Shown here piece by piece: positions 12,280 through 24,800 of a stretch of 64,000 nucleotides of DNA. The stretch spans positions 372,001-436,000 of the forward strand of contig BROI01000006.1 of the NCBI GenBank assembly GCA_027923505.1. The letters are read 5' to 3'. The notes under the pieces were generated by a model. That model searched no databases. It saw only the letters and a program-made list of their open reading frames with translations, and was not told the origin of the DNA. Each line of letters begins with the position of its first letter. Positions within the stretch are counted from its first letter, which is position 1. Origin of the DNA: Mayamaea pseudoterrestris. Taxonomy: Eukaryota. A program made the position numbers and the translations under genes.

Positions 12280-14530
12280 ATGACGACTAGCGTTTCAGAA
12301 CTGCAGCAGGAGATCAAGCGAGCGCTCGCTGGCGCTGGTCTCTCCAAAATCCGCCCTGAAATCATGAGCCAGTGTACGTTGTATGAATGAATGAAAACAT
12401 TGAATCGTTTACATGCGTTAACTCAATCATTATTTTGTTTCTACATTAGGCGTCGCTTTGGCAAGTGCCATTGCTGTTACTCCGGAGCGAATGGCTGAAT
12501 GTTGGGAAGCCTTTAGCATGAACCGAAACGTCAAGGAGCTCAACGAAAGTTCCTTCAAATCCTATCGCGAGCAGCTCATCAAGGACTGCGATGACACCGT
12601 GTTACGCAAGGTGACGGACGTTGGAGCTGTCATGGCACGTCCGTCACTAAAGAACAAGGCTGATTCGCTTCCAGCCGTCACTCCTCCGGCCAAGCGCCTC
12701 CACCAGCGCAGCAGCACTAATAATGAAAGCAACAAGACGAATAGCAACCAGCAGCTTCCATCATCATTCTCTGCAGAAAAAAACCGTCGCATTTCTCTCA
12801 GCCCTGGACGTCCGCTTCCATCCGCAAGCGTTACGCCAAGTAACAGCAGCTACTCGTACGCCCAGCGCCAAGGCTCGGGCGACATTGTCTTTTCCTATCA
12901 GCCCGAGTCGTTGGCGAGCAATGGACTGGTCATGAATACAACAACGGATCGTCGCACGACCCCAAAGTGTTTGGTGCAGTACCAACATTTTGAGACCAAT
13001 GTTCAAAAGCCGTTTCGTCACTTTTTCACGTCCATGGACGACCGCGCCAAGGCCTTGGACCAGCACTTGGTCCATTTGGGAATGGAAATATGCGAGCGAT
13101 TTGGCTTGGGGCAGGAGAGTGTAGACGAGTCGAATGAAGAGACGTCGACTGCCATTGCTGGTTTGGAGGCGGTTGGTATTCCGCGTCAAGTCAAGGTGAC
13201 AAACATTGGACGAATTTGTAACGCGGTAAGTGGACCAGTTTGACGTTGGACTTTTGTCACGAAAGATGTTAGCTCAAAGATTGCTGAATACCTTTTCCAA
13301 TGGTAGGCTCACGAGGGAAAGCTCAATGAGACCTCCATCCTTTTGGAAGGATCTCGCGATGCATCTGGTGGTTCTAGAATTGAACTAGATCTTTCATTGC
13401 TGAAGGAGCGCCAGGAAAGTTACTCTCTCTTTCCTGGTCAGATTGTTGCCGTGGAAGGCATGAATACGTCGGGTCGTAAAATGGTGGCAGAACGCATTTG
13501 TGAAGGTGCTGCGCATGAGCCACTCAAGTCGTCGGTCAAGGAGTTGATGCGATTTCATCATGACGATGCGTATCAAGGTGGCGCTCCGCTAACTATTGTA
13601 GCTGCTTGCGGGCCTTTCACCACCGCTGACAATCTTGATTTTGCTCCGTTGCAAGATTTGATGAGCAATGTTGTGCGAGAGCGTCCGGATGTCGTCATTC
13701 TAACTGGTCCATTCGTCGATCTTGATAATGAACTCATACGATCGGGCCAGACGACATTGCAGTTTCAAGACGGGGAAGAAATTCTTGTGCCTTATGAGAC
13801 ATTTTTTGCCGTCAAGGTAGCAGGCATATTGGAGGAGATTTTTGAAAGCGAAGTTGACCTGCAGACTCAGTTTGTTCTTGTTCCCAGCCTCGAAGATGCG
13901 ACGACTGACTGGGTATATCCTCAAGCACCCTTCGCAGACCGCGTCAAGGGAGGTAAACTTTTGAAAATGTCTGGAGCTGAAGACATTGACGTTGGGTCAT
14001 TAGGATTACACAGAATTGATTCGGCTGGTAATGGTGCTGCCAAAGGAAGCAGTCGAGTGCATTGTGTGTCAAATCCGTGCACCCTCCAAATTAATGAGGT
14101 TGTCATTGGCGTGACATCAACCGATGTCTTATTCCACTTGAGCAAAGAAGAAACGGGTAACGTTGGAGGAAAACTGCGATTGCCTCGGATTGCGCAGCAC
14201 ATGCTCCAGCAACGCAGCTACTATCCTCTCTTTCCTGGCTCTGAATTCGCCAATAACTTGGATCTGAAGCACATGGTGCAATGGTCTATGCCTTGTCAGC
14301 CAGATTTGCTGATCGTTCCATCGAGGCTCAACAAGCTTGCGGAACCTATCCTCGGAAGCACACTTGTTGTCAATCCTGGCCGCATTACGGTCGGCAGCGC
14401 CGGTGGAGCCTATGCAATTATGCAGATTCAGCCAATGAAGCGAGAGACCTTGGAAGAAGCTGGGAGTGACAATGTCGAGTTGGCTCACAACGCTACTCAG
14501 CGCACTGTAGTTGAGATCAGGAAAATTTAA
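12280..14530 (+). CDS. POLA2: DNA polymerase alpha subunit B. Exons 12280-12373, 12450-13225, 13307-14530
   Basis: Motifs GRIC, KLNETSILLEG, YSLFPGQIVAVEG.N.SG, ACGPFT, PDVVILTGPFVD, VYPQAPF, SNPC, QRSYYPLFP, PDLLIVPS, VNPG. Two GT-AG introns join in frame. Confidence 0.93.
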
Positions 14531-14607
14531 AGTAACTACAAAGTCATGGCCATAATACTAATTATAGCAGAAACTTATGTCAATAATAGATACATACACC
14601 TATACGA

Positions 14608-16422
14608 TTATCGTTCAGTAGCTTTCAATTCATCCAGAAAACTAGTACTATTGTGAACTGTACTTCCCGCCAAAATGACCTTGATGCGTCCCTTCATCGT
14701 TGCATTCCACTCGGCCACCTTGGTCGCTTCCTCATACGTGACACCTCCCACCATGAAGACTATCACGTCCTGCGGAACGACATTGGTCAAGTCAAGAGGT
14801 TGCTGCTGCTGTTGCTGTAGGTTCTGACTAACACCAGCTGTATTTCCGACCAGCGGATGAGTCTTGGCCGTCAGCTTGCCCTTGGCAATGGCTTGCAGCG
14901 TATCCATCAGCACCGGTACATGCTGTGTGTATACATTATCTACTCCCTGAACACTTGTCATGAGACTCTTCATCTTGCTCATAATCACATGTTGCTGATC
15001 TCCATACAGACCAGGTCCTCGCGACTGCGCGCCCGCGTATCGCAGCAGCGTGGGAAGCAACTGCACCAAGTCGGACGGCACCTTGGCCTTGCTCATGGAC
15101 GACTGCACCATGTGCATGTTACCCGATTGCTCGTAGCGCAACGCAAACAAGAGACTCAACCGTAGCTTGTCGGGTAGCTTGATTTGTGGACTCGCCAGCT
15201 TTTCCAACAATTCTCGCCAGTGCGATTGGTAGTCATCGGAACACGCCAGCTCCTGCTCCAGCTGCGAAACGTCCATGAGACTGCAAACCTGCACAAGTCT
15301 GGCAAGTTCTCCCATTATGGCCACATGCTTGCTCACAACGTGTGACTGTGACTTGAGTTCCGGAAAGCGATCCATAAAGGCCTGCATGTCGGCGAGCGTT
15401 GTCAAATTATTGACTCCACTGGACGTTTGCTGCTGATACTCTTGCAAGAGTCGTTGAATCTCCTCGCCAAGTTCTCCAAAATTCTTGTGGCGATTGTTGG
15501 CAAAGAATGCATCTTGTGAAGCATTTAATACAACCTCCTCTAAATCTGGTGGAATGTTTGGAGCTCCCTTGAGAACGACGCGATGGTTGTTGAGTCCGAG
15601 TAGCTCGTGAACCATTGCCTGATAGGTCCATTGACTCAGTAGCGGCGTCACTGGGTCATCGCGACGATCGAGTATCAGCAACAACATATTATTGCTATTA
15701 CCATGAGTTCGACTACCAGTATTCATGGACCGCGTATGAAACAAGTCATCATCGGCCGTTTGCATAATTTCCCAAAGGTCCTTGGCTATTTCCTCCGCGC
15801 AGGCCGACTGTTTCGCGAATCGAATGGAAATAGACTGCTGTTTCTTCCGCAAGGCCAGTATCATGGACTGCAGTCCCTGCAAATGCAAGTCATACTCGGA
15901 AGCATATTTGGGCGCCCAGCTAGTGCCGGCGGCCACGGTCATGGCCATGCTGCTGCGGCAGTGCAGCGTGAGCAAGTCGGGGGCGAGTGGCACAAAGTCG
16001 GCGTAGAATTCTTGAATTTGGGTGATTCGCTCGTGCACATCTTGCTCGGCTAACTTCCGCAGCAATGGTTTGGTGATGATAGTTGAAAGGAACACGTGGT
16101 ATTCCGAGTAGCGAGGCTGGGCGAGTTCGCGATATAAATGTGGTAGCGAGGTTGGTCGACAAAAGACAATTGCCTTTAAATGACTATTGTTGCCGCTACT
16201 CGAATGACTTGTCGTTGTATTATCCATGCGCTCGACTAGATAGACGTGCTGATTGAGAATATCCGTTTGACTGTAGACGGCGGAAACAACCTGGGTCGTC
16301 ATGGCGTCCAACAGCAGCACCTTCATGGTGGTTCCTGCACATTTCCCATCGGCATGGACTATGCGATCAAGATACGTCTTGATGGCTGCGACACCGTCGA
16401 AGGGTGTCTCGCGATGAGACAT
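14608..16422 (-). CDS. VPS45: Sec1/Munc18-family vacuolar protein sorting protein 45
   Basis: MKVLLLD, QEFYADF, LLILDRRDDPVTPLLSQWTYQAMVHELLG, VSKHV, LFALRYE, NVYTQH, VFMVGGVTYEE, HNSTSFL. First ATG at 16422. Confidence 0.93.
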   Translation of the reverse strand: MSHRETPFDGVAAIKTYLDRIVHADGKCAGTTMKVLLLDAMTTQVVSAVYSQTDILNQHVYLVERMDNTTTSHSSSGNNSHLKAIVFCRPTSLPHLYRELAQPRYSEYHVFLSTIITKPLLRKLAEQDVHERITQIQEFYADFVPLAPDLLTLHCRSSMAMTVAAGTSWAPKYASEYDLHLQGLQSMILALRKKQQSISIRFAKQSACAEEIAKDLWEIMQTADDDLFHTRSMNTGSRTHGNSNNMLLLILDRRDDPVTPLLSQWTYQAMVHELLGLNNHRVVLKGAPNIPPDLEEVVLNASQDAFFANNRHKNFGELGEEIQRLLQEYQQQTSSGVNNLTTLADMQAFMDRFPELKSQSHVVSKHVAIMGELARLVQVCSLMDVSQLEQELACSDDYQSHWRELLEKLASPQIKLPDKLRLSLLFALRYEQSGNMHMVQSSMSKAKVPSDLVQLLPTLLRYAGAQSRGPGLYGDQQHVIMSKMKSLMTSVQGVDNVYTQHVPVLMDTLQAIAKGKLTAKTHPLVGNTAGVSQNLQQQQQQPLDLTNVVPQDVIVFMVGGVTYEEATKVAEWNATMKGRIKVILAGSTVHNSTSFLDELKATER

Positions 16423-16813
16423 GTTGCGTTTACCGGTAGTCAAGATAGCTGTTCAAGGAGTGAAAAAGCCTGGCAGCGGCGCTGCTACTTTTTACTTTTC
16501 GTCATGGTCGAACGCACCGCGTCGTTAGTCTCGCTACGACAATTTTATATCTGTCATACCGTGACTCAATGAACGCACACAGGATCTCGAAGCGATCCAG
16601 CTACGCGTTCGCCAATGTCAATGCCTGCGATGCTGCGATGCAGGAAGATTTTTAACTTGCTAAGTCAAAGCCAATGAACTCTGCAAATGGATATATTCAT
16701 GTCAAGGATTTAAATTCCGGTAGAGTTTAGACCGCTGGAACTGGCGGTAAACGTGGAAGACAGTACAAATTCATAGTAATAAGCCAATGAAACACCTGTT
16801 AACTAAGCTAATA

Positions 16814-18210
16814 TTACAATAGCACAATGCCCACTTTGTTGGGAGCCATTTCCGGGCACGACCAGTTGTAAATGTAGTACTGCAAGTTTCCGTCACCAAC
16901 GCCAAACTTTAGTTGCTCCAAAAACTTGGCATTGTCCATGAGGTCGAGCGCATTGAACACATCCGCGTCGCACTCATTCTTGGCCAGTATCAAGGCATCC
17001 TTCATCAAATCCGCCAACGGCACTGAGGTGGCAACGTTGTAGAACGAGTACGCCGCACGAAGCGTATCGTCGTGGTTTAGAATCGTGCTCGGCAAGTGGT
17101 AAAACGATATAAAATCCGTAATCTTACCATCTGTTTCAACAACGTAGCTGTTGATGACGCCCTCTCGCGGCAACATCCAGTGCGCAATTTCCTCGCGCGA
17201 AAACAGCAGCTTGAGCGAAAACTTGGTCAAGTAGTCATTGAGCAACGCGTGCACACCATCCACGTCACGTTCCTCCATGGCCCTTAGATTGCTCGTCGCA
17301 CACTCGAGCGGCAATTTATAGAGTTTCTGCAACCTTGCCAGCGTCATGCGATGCCCCAGTCGACTGAATCCAATCGACACTAGTTTCTTTGGATTCAAGC
17401 TCCGGTGGTGGTAGCGCGCACTCGACACGGGCGACGGCAGTTTCACGCCCGCCGTGTAAATGGCCTGAAACATGCTTCGCAAGTTGACGCGGCGCGTCAG
17501 TTCCTTGATGAGCACGGGCGCCAGTCGCTTGCTGCGGAGTTTCTTGTGGACGCACAAAAAATTCACCTCCACCACTTGCACCGGATCTTGCTCGTAGGCT
17601 TGCAGTTTGGCCGGAATGCCGCTAATGAACGCGACCAGTTTCTGCGTCTTTGTCGATCTCACGCCAAACAGTAACTCGTGGTGGTAGTGCGGCGGCGTGA
17701 GCGCCCAGAGCAAAAACTCGGGACTGTAGTCGAAGCGAAAGAGGGCGTCGTCATCCTCCACGTAATTGTTGGACAGAAGCGTGTATAGTTCGTGGCGTTG
17801 GTCGGAGTCGTTGACGTTGACACTGGACCATTCGAAACCGGATGGCATCTTGTAGGGGTCTTGTCGGACTTCTGCAACGGGTTTGTTGGGTTGAATAGGG
17901 CCTTCCGCGAGCTCGCTGCGCTCGCCGTCGTGAGGCATTGGCTGTAGATAGTGGAAAGAGAAAAGAATTAAATAAACGATTTTGAGCAAGCGTTCCTCAT
18001 AACAACATATTGATTGCAACAGCCCCACTTTCACATTGTGCATACCTGCGTGTCCCAAAAGGCATGCGACGTTGGCTCATTCTTTGCCTCAACTGAGTTC
18101 TGCTGCGGCGTGGTTCGTTGCAGATTCTGCTTCTTCATCATGTCGATAATGGCCGCTTCCGTTGGTGACAGTTTCTTCTCGTCATTGTTGTTGTTACTGC
18201 CAGATGACAT
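16814..18210 (-). CDS. NMT: Glycylpeptide N-myristoyltransferase. Exons 18210-18046 and 17941-16814
   Basis: HAFWDTQ|P spliced across a GTATG...CAG intron. NYVEDDDALFRFDYS, EVNFLCVHKKLRSKRLAPVLIKELTRRVN, KFGVGDGNLQYY, C-terminal GIVLL. Confidence 0.96.
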
Positions 18211-18544
18211 GATAATGATACTGCGCCGCAATTATAATGAGTCAAGAAATTAAAAAGTGAAGGAGTGAATGGCAAGCGTCGCATTCAAATAATGGCCTCT
18301 GCCATGGTCCATCGAGCGGTGGTGGAGAAGTCCAATGTCGTACCGTTACTCAATTCCATTGGTTGGACATGCAAGGCATGTCTCGCAAGGATTCCGAAAA
18401 CAGCACCTCATTGCAAACAACTTCTACCAGCAATTGTCACTCTTCAAAAGCAAAGTAAGAACCGTCAATATTCTCTTTCAGACTCATGCTTGGATGCACA
18501 AATAGTCATTATTGTAACCCGTTAGCAGCGCACGAGAGGAAAAC

Positions 18545-21515
18545 ATGAAATCCAATAAGCAGCAGCAACACCGAGGCGACGAGCAGCCGCAGCAACCCGA
18601 CGCTGCACCACCTTCTTCCACCAAGCATCACCATCGCTCGCCGCAGCAAAAATCATCCTGGACGCCATCGTTGAAAAAGGTATTGCTGCGTGGGCACGAG
18701 CGCTGCCAATCGTCCGGTAGCGCCACCAACACTACCGCTGGACTGAGCGTTTCGCCGGCGTCCTCGATTGTTTCGGCGCATGCAGCGACAGGCTTGCGAC
18801 AATCATCGCTTTCAGGAAGTCTTGCAGCGTCACCGCAACATGGTCATTATACTAACTCGTCCAGTCAGCAGCACCAGCAATCATATTCACTCGGCAAGCT
18901 TGCCGAGCATGACAACGACGACCATGTTCCGCCGCCACCCATTGACGCGACGCCACCCTCACCCAAGACACCGCCCAAGCTGTGGGAGCGACAGTATCGC
19001 AACTTTTTGCAGTCGTCGAAACCACCAAAACGAAGTGTGCAGCGCAGCGCGAGTCGCGACGAACTGGACGAGTCGTCGTCAATGAATAATGGAGTTACAA
19101 GTGGTGCTCGCTCACTGCTGTTGCAGCAGCAGCACCGCTCCTCCTCGTTCCATCATCATCATGACACACCTCCCGTCGAGGAAGCGTCCGTCCGCGGCGG
19201 ACAGTTCTTCGCCAGCGTCTTTAAGTCGCATTCGCATCATAAACGAACCTCCAAAAGCAAGAGCCACAACGAGCTGGATGGCACCATGCGGCGGGGGTCG
19301 GAGAAGGGCTTGGCGCAAATGCAATTGCAGCAGCCGCCGCCACTGGCATTGTCCATGCAGCATCATCATCATGTTTCAAATGTTGATGAAGACAAGGCTA
19401 ATTATTCCAACTTGTCAGCGTCATCACTGCCCAACTTTCAAATGATTGCCAATAGGCAACAACAGCTATTGCTGCCACGGCGGCAACAAAGCGCGGGATC
19501 GGCGACGACTGCTGGAGCAAGCTTGCTACTAAACACGTTGCACTCGCCCAGCGAGGCGACGTTGGCTTTAAATAGTTTCAATGCCAGGGACGAAACATCT
19601 ACCAACAATAACAACGACGCCACGGCGGCATCCGCCATGAAGCGAGCATTCACCGAGTTTCACAACGTCACTGGGCGAGACGCGGCGTCGGCCTTTTTGG
19701 GCGACGACCCCAGTCACCGCGACGGAATGCGAGGCGGATCGTTCGTTGTCAACAACAGCAATCATCATGGCAACGTGAGTCACCTGCAGTCAGCCTTGGC
19801 GTCAACGTGCCTTTCGTCGTCCCATGGACGAGTCATACTGCCGCCAAAATCCTTGAACGCAATATATGGTCCGCGATCAGTTCCACTGGCAACGGACGGC
19901 TGCGGCAGCAACGTTGCTGGTACCAGTGTGGACTACGCCACGCAGCAACAGCAGCAACAACGAATATACTCTGGCAATCATACGTTGCGGAGAATCCTCA
20001 AGCCACTGGTTCCAGTCGAATCGTGGCAGTCGGGTCGACGCTACGTGATTGCGCCATCCGTGTGGGCGGCTTGCCCCATGGGAGTCATGGCGGCGTTGAC
20101 GCGCAATTCGGTCGTACGTTCCGCCCGAGACGTTACGAGCGCTCCGTTTGGCACGATACTGCTGGGGCAGTGTTTGCTCCGGAGCATGAGCACTGACGGT
20201 GCCGCGAAAAACGTGTTACTGGATGATGAGCCATGGACGCCAGCACTGCTCGTGTTGCGGCAAAATTACCTGCTCGAGTATGGCACGAGCGATCCTCTGG
20301 GCGGAATGCCTCGCGGGTATGCTCATTTGCAGCACGCAACTTGTTGTGACAATACTGACACTGGGGATACAGAGACAAGAAGGATATTGGAACTAGATTT
20401 TTATGGCAGCCCCTGCGCAAAGTCAGATCGTCGCCGTCTACTTATCCGGCCCGGCGAGCCAGCCGACTTCCAGCACTGGATTCAATGTTTAAATGCTGCG
20501 GGATCGCTGCAAGTATCAGACTTGTATGAATATGATGCAGACAACCCACTGGGTACTGGCAGCTACGCATCTGTCTTCGCTGCGCGGAGGAAGTGCTCCG
20601 GATCATCTGAGGCATGTGCGGTGAAGGTGTTTGACAAAACCCTGTTTTGGCGCTGTGTCATCAAAGGGCGAGAACGAGCGGATACAATCGTCCGCGAAGT
20701 TTCCGTTCAAGCGACCCTTACGGCTAGATGCAGCGATGTGCAATCCTTTTTGAGGATACGTGGGGTTTTTGAAACTACGGATCATGTGGTGATTGAGTCG
20801 GAGCTTTTGGACGGGATGGACTTATTTCGTTATATTTCCTCACGGCCTCGCTTGTCGGAAACAGAAGCAGCTTTCGTCATCTACAATATCTTAATCTGTC
20901 TTCAAGCCATGAATCGCATCGGTTTATCTCATCGCGATATAAAGCCGGCCAACATCCTTGTCTGTCATGAAGAAAATCGGCCACTGACTGTCAAGGTGGC
21001 TGACTTTGGCCTGGCAACGTTCGTCGGCGTCGATGGGAAAGTAAGCGGACGTTGTGGTACGCCTGGCTTTGCAGCACCGGTAAGCGACTACAATAAGCGG
21101 ATATATCAACAAAGGAGAAGTTAACGCGCGCTGACATTTCTTACTACAACAGGAAATCTTTAATACCGGTGTTCACGGTACCTACACCAAGAAGGTCGAT
21201 GTGTTCAGCGCTGGTGTGACTCTGTATGTAATGCTTTGCGGTTATGAACCATTTTACGGAGAAACGGATAGCGAACTTATACGGGCGAATAGGGAGGCGC
21301 ATATCGAGTTTCCTCCGGAAGAGTGGAAGTGCATTTCTTCACCGGCGCGCGAGCTTGTGATCAAAATGATGCACGCCGACCCAAGCAAGCGAATGTCAAT
21401 CGAGCAAGCAATCACTCATCCATGGATTATAGAGAATGTTCACGAGCAAGGAGATGTACCCGCCTTGGCGGAGGTGACGGAAATGCCTTCCTATGATGCT
21501 TGCATTATTTCATAG
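18545..21515 (+). CDS. CaMK-group Ser/Thr kinase with long Q/H/S-rich N-terminus, PH-like domain and C-terminal CaaX box. Exons 18545-21079 and 21153-21515
   Basis: GTGSYASV, AVK, HRDIKPANIL, ADFG, CGTPGFAAP|EI (APE restored by intron), DVFSAGV, CGYEPF. PH-like W...LLVLRQNYLLEY...WIQCL. Ends CIIS*. Confidence 0.88.
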
Positions 21516-21622
21516 TCTGTGGTATGAGGTGCCTGACTCTGTTAAAATTGTCTGGGAATTAATTTGCTAGTTAACGTAAAGTCAAGAAAGCGACCATGAA
21601 GATATGCAGCTAAAAGTAGATA

Positions 21623-23207
21623 TTATGCATGAGTGACCCGATGTCCTGACATTTTGCTCGTATTTTCAGGTTTTAAAATCACCCAATCGTCGAGATTGAC
21701 CCCTTCTTCGGCGGGACCCATACAAAGCGTGCATCCTAGCGCACGATTGGTGGCATCGGAAAGAGATGGCAGACGCAGAATTTCGTAGTTCACCTCGCCC
21801 ATCAGTCTGTGAGTTGCTTCCATTTCAGCAGTGCTCTCACCTAGTTCGTCTTGCATGTCCTCGAACGTGTGAAGTAGTTCAAGGGCTGGCGAAAATTGTT
21901 CCAGACGGACATGACAGATTATTTTCTTCCGAAGTATGTCAATTTTCTCCTCCGTTGGCATATCAGCTGTACTCATCGGGGCCCAGATCTCATCGAATGC
22001 CGCCAGGGCCTTGTCGTACTTGTTCAACATTGCATAAGCATACCCAAGATTGTCGAGTGAGCTCTGAACCAGTTTGTTGCCAGGGCCCAGAATAGATCGT
22101 TGTATCTTAAGAGAATCGGACAGAATCTTTATTGCTTGATCGAAATGATCGAGCTCAATCTCTACGTACCCCTTGTTGCACATGGTTGATGCCATTGTTA
22201 ATATGCCAGGGCTGGAACTATCAACTCCACAGACGAAGGTGACGAAATTTTTGAACACTGCCGTTTGCAAAACAATGGCCTCTTCAAAGGCTTCTTTCGC
22301 TTCTGGAAATGATCCTCGCTCAAAGTTGACGCATCCAATGTTGTTTAGTACCTTGGCAATCTTCAAGTTGCACTCCTCGCGGTCATCGTCGCCGTATGTA
22401 TCTTCTCGTTCTTCTCGACGAAGCTTCAGCGCCCGCTGAAACACTTTCAAGGAGTCGTCATGCTCTTCCATGGAGAGTAAAATAATACCAAGCTCAACCA
22501 AAGAGTCCTGAGCAAAAGAGATACGTGGGAAATTTGATCAGTTGACGTGAAATATGTATCAATGCATAAAAAATAAAGTTACACAAACACGCGCCAACTA
22601 CGAAGCCCTACTTACCGCCACTTTTGGATGAGAACGGCCAAGTGATCTTGACCGAATCTTGATCGCTTCTTCAATGGCGTCCATGGCGTCATCAAGGCTT
22701 CCTGCTCGTAAATTGGCAATTGCCACGTTGTGAAGGGCAGCACCGACTCGATCGTGTCGTTCGCCATAGCGCCCTAAAATATCGGAGAGGATGGATTCAA
22801 ACTGTGATAGCGCTGCCTTGTATGATCCATTCTGTATATGACGACAAAGAAATTATAGAATATGTATTAGTCCTTCCTTGTCTCTTTTCGACAGCTATTA
22901 GCAGCTAGTTTTCATTTCATTGGCTTACCGACATGGCCTTGCATGCTTTCGAGTGCTTGTATCGCAGTTGTCGCTCAAATCGTTCACAGTCCTCACTGTT
23001 ATCATCTAAGCTTTCTATATTATCAATATCTTCAGCATCAGTAGAGTTGCTCAGGTCGCTGAGATGGTGCGATTGTTCTTCCTCGTCCGCATCAACGACT
23101 TTCTTCCAGCTTTTGACACCCTTTGCATTCTTTGGTGCTGCATCTTTCGTCGGTCCTTGCGCGGACGAGGTGGATTTCGGTGACTTGGTGCGGTTGAAGA
23201 CCTTCAT
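21623..23207 (-). CDS. TPR-repeat protein (kinesin-light-chain-like ~42-aa TPRs). Exons 23207-22929, 22831-22616, 22507-21623
   Basis: Repeats such as VGAALHNVAIANLRAG...AIKIRSRSLGRSHPKVADSLVELG, AKVLNNIGCV and SSLDNLGYAY. Two phase-0 GTAAG...CAG introns join in frame. Confidence 0.85.
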
Positions 23208-23604
23208 GGTTCCTTTGGTGTAGTCGACGGATGCAGCAAGGCATTGTAAGTGGCGGCGATGGACATGTCGAACAAACAATCCTCAATTCCGTATACATAT
23301 CGTGCACCCGCCAAACAGCGACGATTAATTAGCGATTGGCAAGCGTAGTTAGATGACACGGTTCATAGCGGCACTGAAAAGTGTCGTCGGGCTGACTATT
23401 GGCGCGACGCGCGTTTCGATTCACGGGACTATGGTCGTTGGAGTACTCATGTCGGAAGCTCTCGCCGAAAGCCGCGCTCGAGTCGTTCGGTCCAACAACC
23501 TCATCAGTGCAAGGCAAACGATCACGCTGCCATTGCACAATTGTCACGAGCATAAACGGCGGACGTTCATTATTGCCAAAAATCAGAAAACTGACAGCCA
23601 TACC

Positions 23605-24160
23605 ATGAAGTATGTCAAAGCCTATTGTTGTTGTGGCGTCGAGTGTCTGGTACACTGGTACACAATCTGCTTCTAACCCACACATTTTGTTCTCCATCGT
23701 GTCGATCCGCAGGCTTCGCAATCCGTTTCGAATGTGCTCGGCAACACGCAAGGAAGGGAAAAAGTCGGCTCGCGAAGTCCGACAGGAGAAGATTGACAAC
23801 TACTACCATGCCACTCACCCGGCTGACAAGCCGGAGAAGGCGATTTCATTGGCCGATGAAAAGAAGGAGAGCAGCGTGGAGGAAGGAAAGTTTGCCGACA
23901 AGGGAACATCAACGTCGTTCCTAGACGAGAAGAAGGATAACGAACTGAACAAGCTTGCTCGAGTATCGGAAGCGACGGAAGACGACATTGATAGCGCCAA
24001 GGCGGAAGCGTCCAAGTCGTCGCTTCGTCGTGAGGTTGACAGTGACCATGAATCGGAGAAGGAAGAGCAGGAAGTGGTCTATGATGGAGCCGCTGGCCTA
24101 GAGAAATCGCCGAGCATGACGGAGCCAATGCCACTCTGCGGCGCTTGTGGATGCCTCTAA
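23605..24160 (+). CDS. Small acidic, likely disordered protein with C-terminal Cys cluster (LCGACGCL). Exons 23605-23609 and 23713-24160
   Basis: ATG AA|GTATGT...CTAAC...CGCAG|G CTT gives MKLRNPFRMCSATRK in frame with the E/K/D/S-rich ORF. Confidence 0.65.
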
Positions 24161-24497
24161 TTGTTGGCGCCTCGTGTTGTAATATTTACACGCATCAGCG
24201 TGACTTTGAAACACCCCTGACGAATTTGCGGGTGCCGAATACTTATAGTAGTCTTAGAAATTATGAATCTCTTAACTATCATTGTCCATTGTACTACCGG
24301 TACTATAGGCGTCGAAAATCTAATAGCCTTCATTCAGCCACTGACGCTGACGCGGACGGCTGTCACATTCTGCTTCATCGTGCTTTAAGAGCCTTACAGA
24401 GCGAGTGAAAAATTGCGCTACAGAGCGATTAAGCAATGGTTGCCCAGTGTCCAGTGTCTCGCAAAATCCAGTTCATACCTACACCAGTGCCAAGGCG

Positions 24498-24800
24498 ATT
24501 GACGCTGCATTTTCGCATATAGTTTTGCTTTTGCTTAAACTCAAACGTCAATTCATCAGCAGCGTCCGCAGTAACATCCATCGACCGCGCAATTTGCTTG
24601 TCGGGTAGCAAGTAAGGCGGAATAGCAATCGCAATCAGCTGATAGGTAAACACGTAAACCAGCAGTGACAATTGTCGCTGCATTTTCGCGTACAGTTTCA
24701 CTTTTGCACAAAATCACGCGTCGGTTTCATCAGCAGCATCCGTAGTGACATCCATCGTACTCTCCATTTCCTTGTCGGCTATCAAGTGAGGTGGAATGCC
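24498..24800. repeat. Diverged tandem duplication (~125-bp copies, ~173-bp period) of the 3' end of the FABP-like gene
   Basis: 24498-24626 aligns with 24671-24800. The downstream copy translates IPPYLLPDKQIARSMDVTADAADE versus the gene's IPPHLIADKEMESTMDVTTDAADE. Confidence 0.85.

Noticed and set aside
18545..19970. CAG/CAT/AAC triplet runs
   Set aside because: Ordinary poly-Q/H/N low complexity in a disordered kinase N-terminus.
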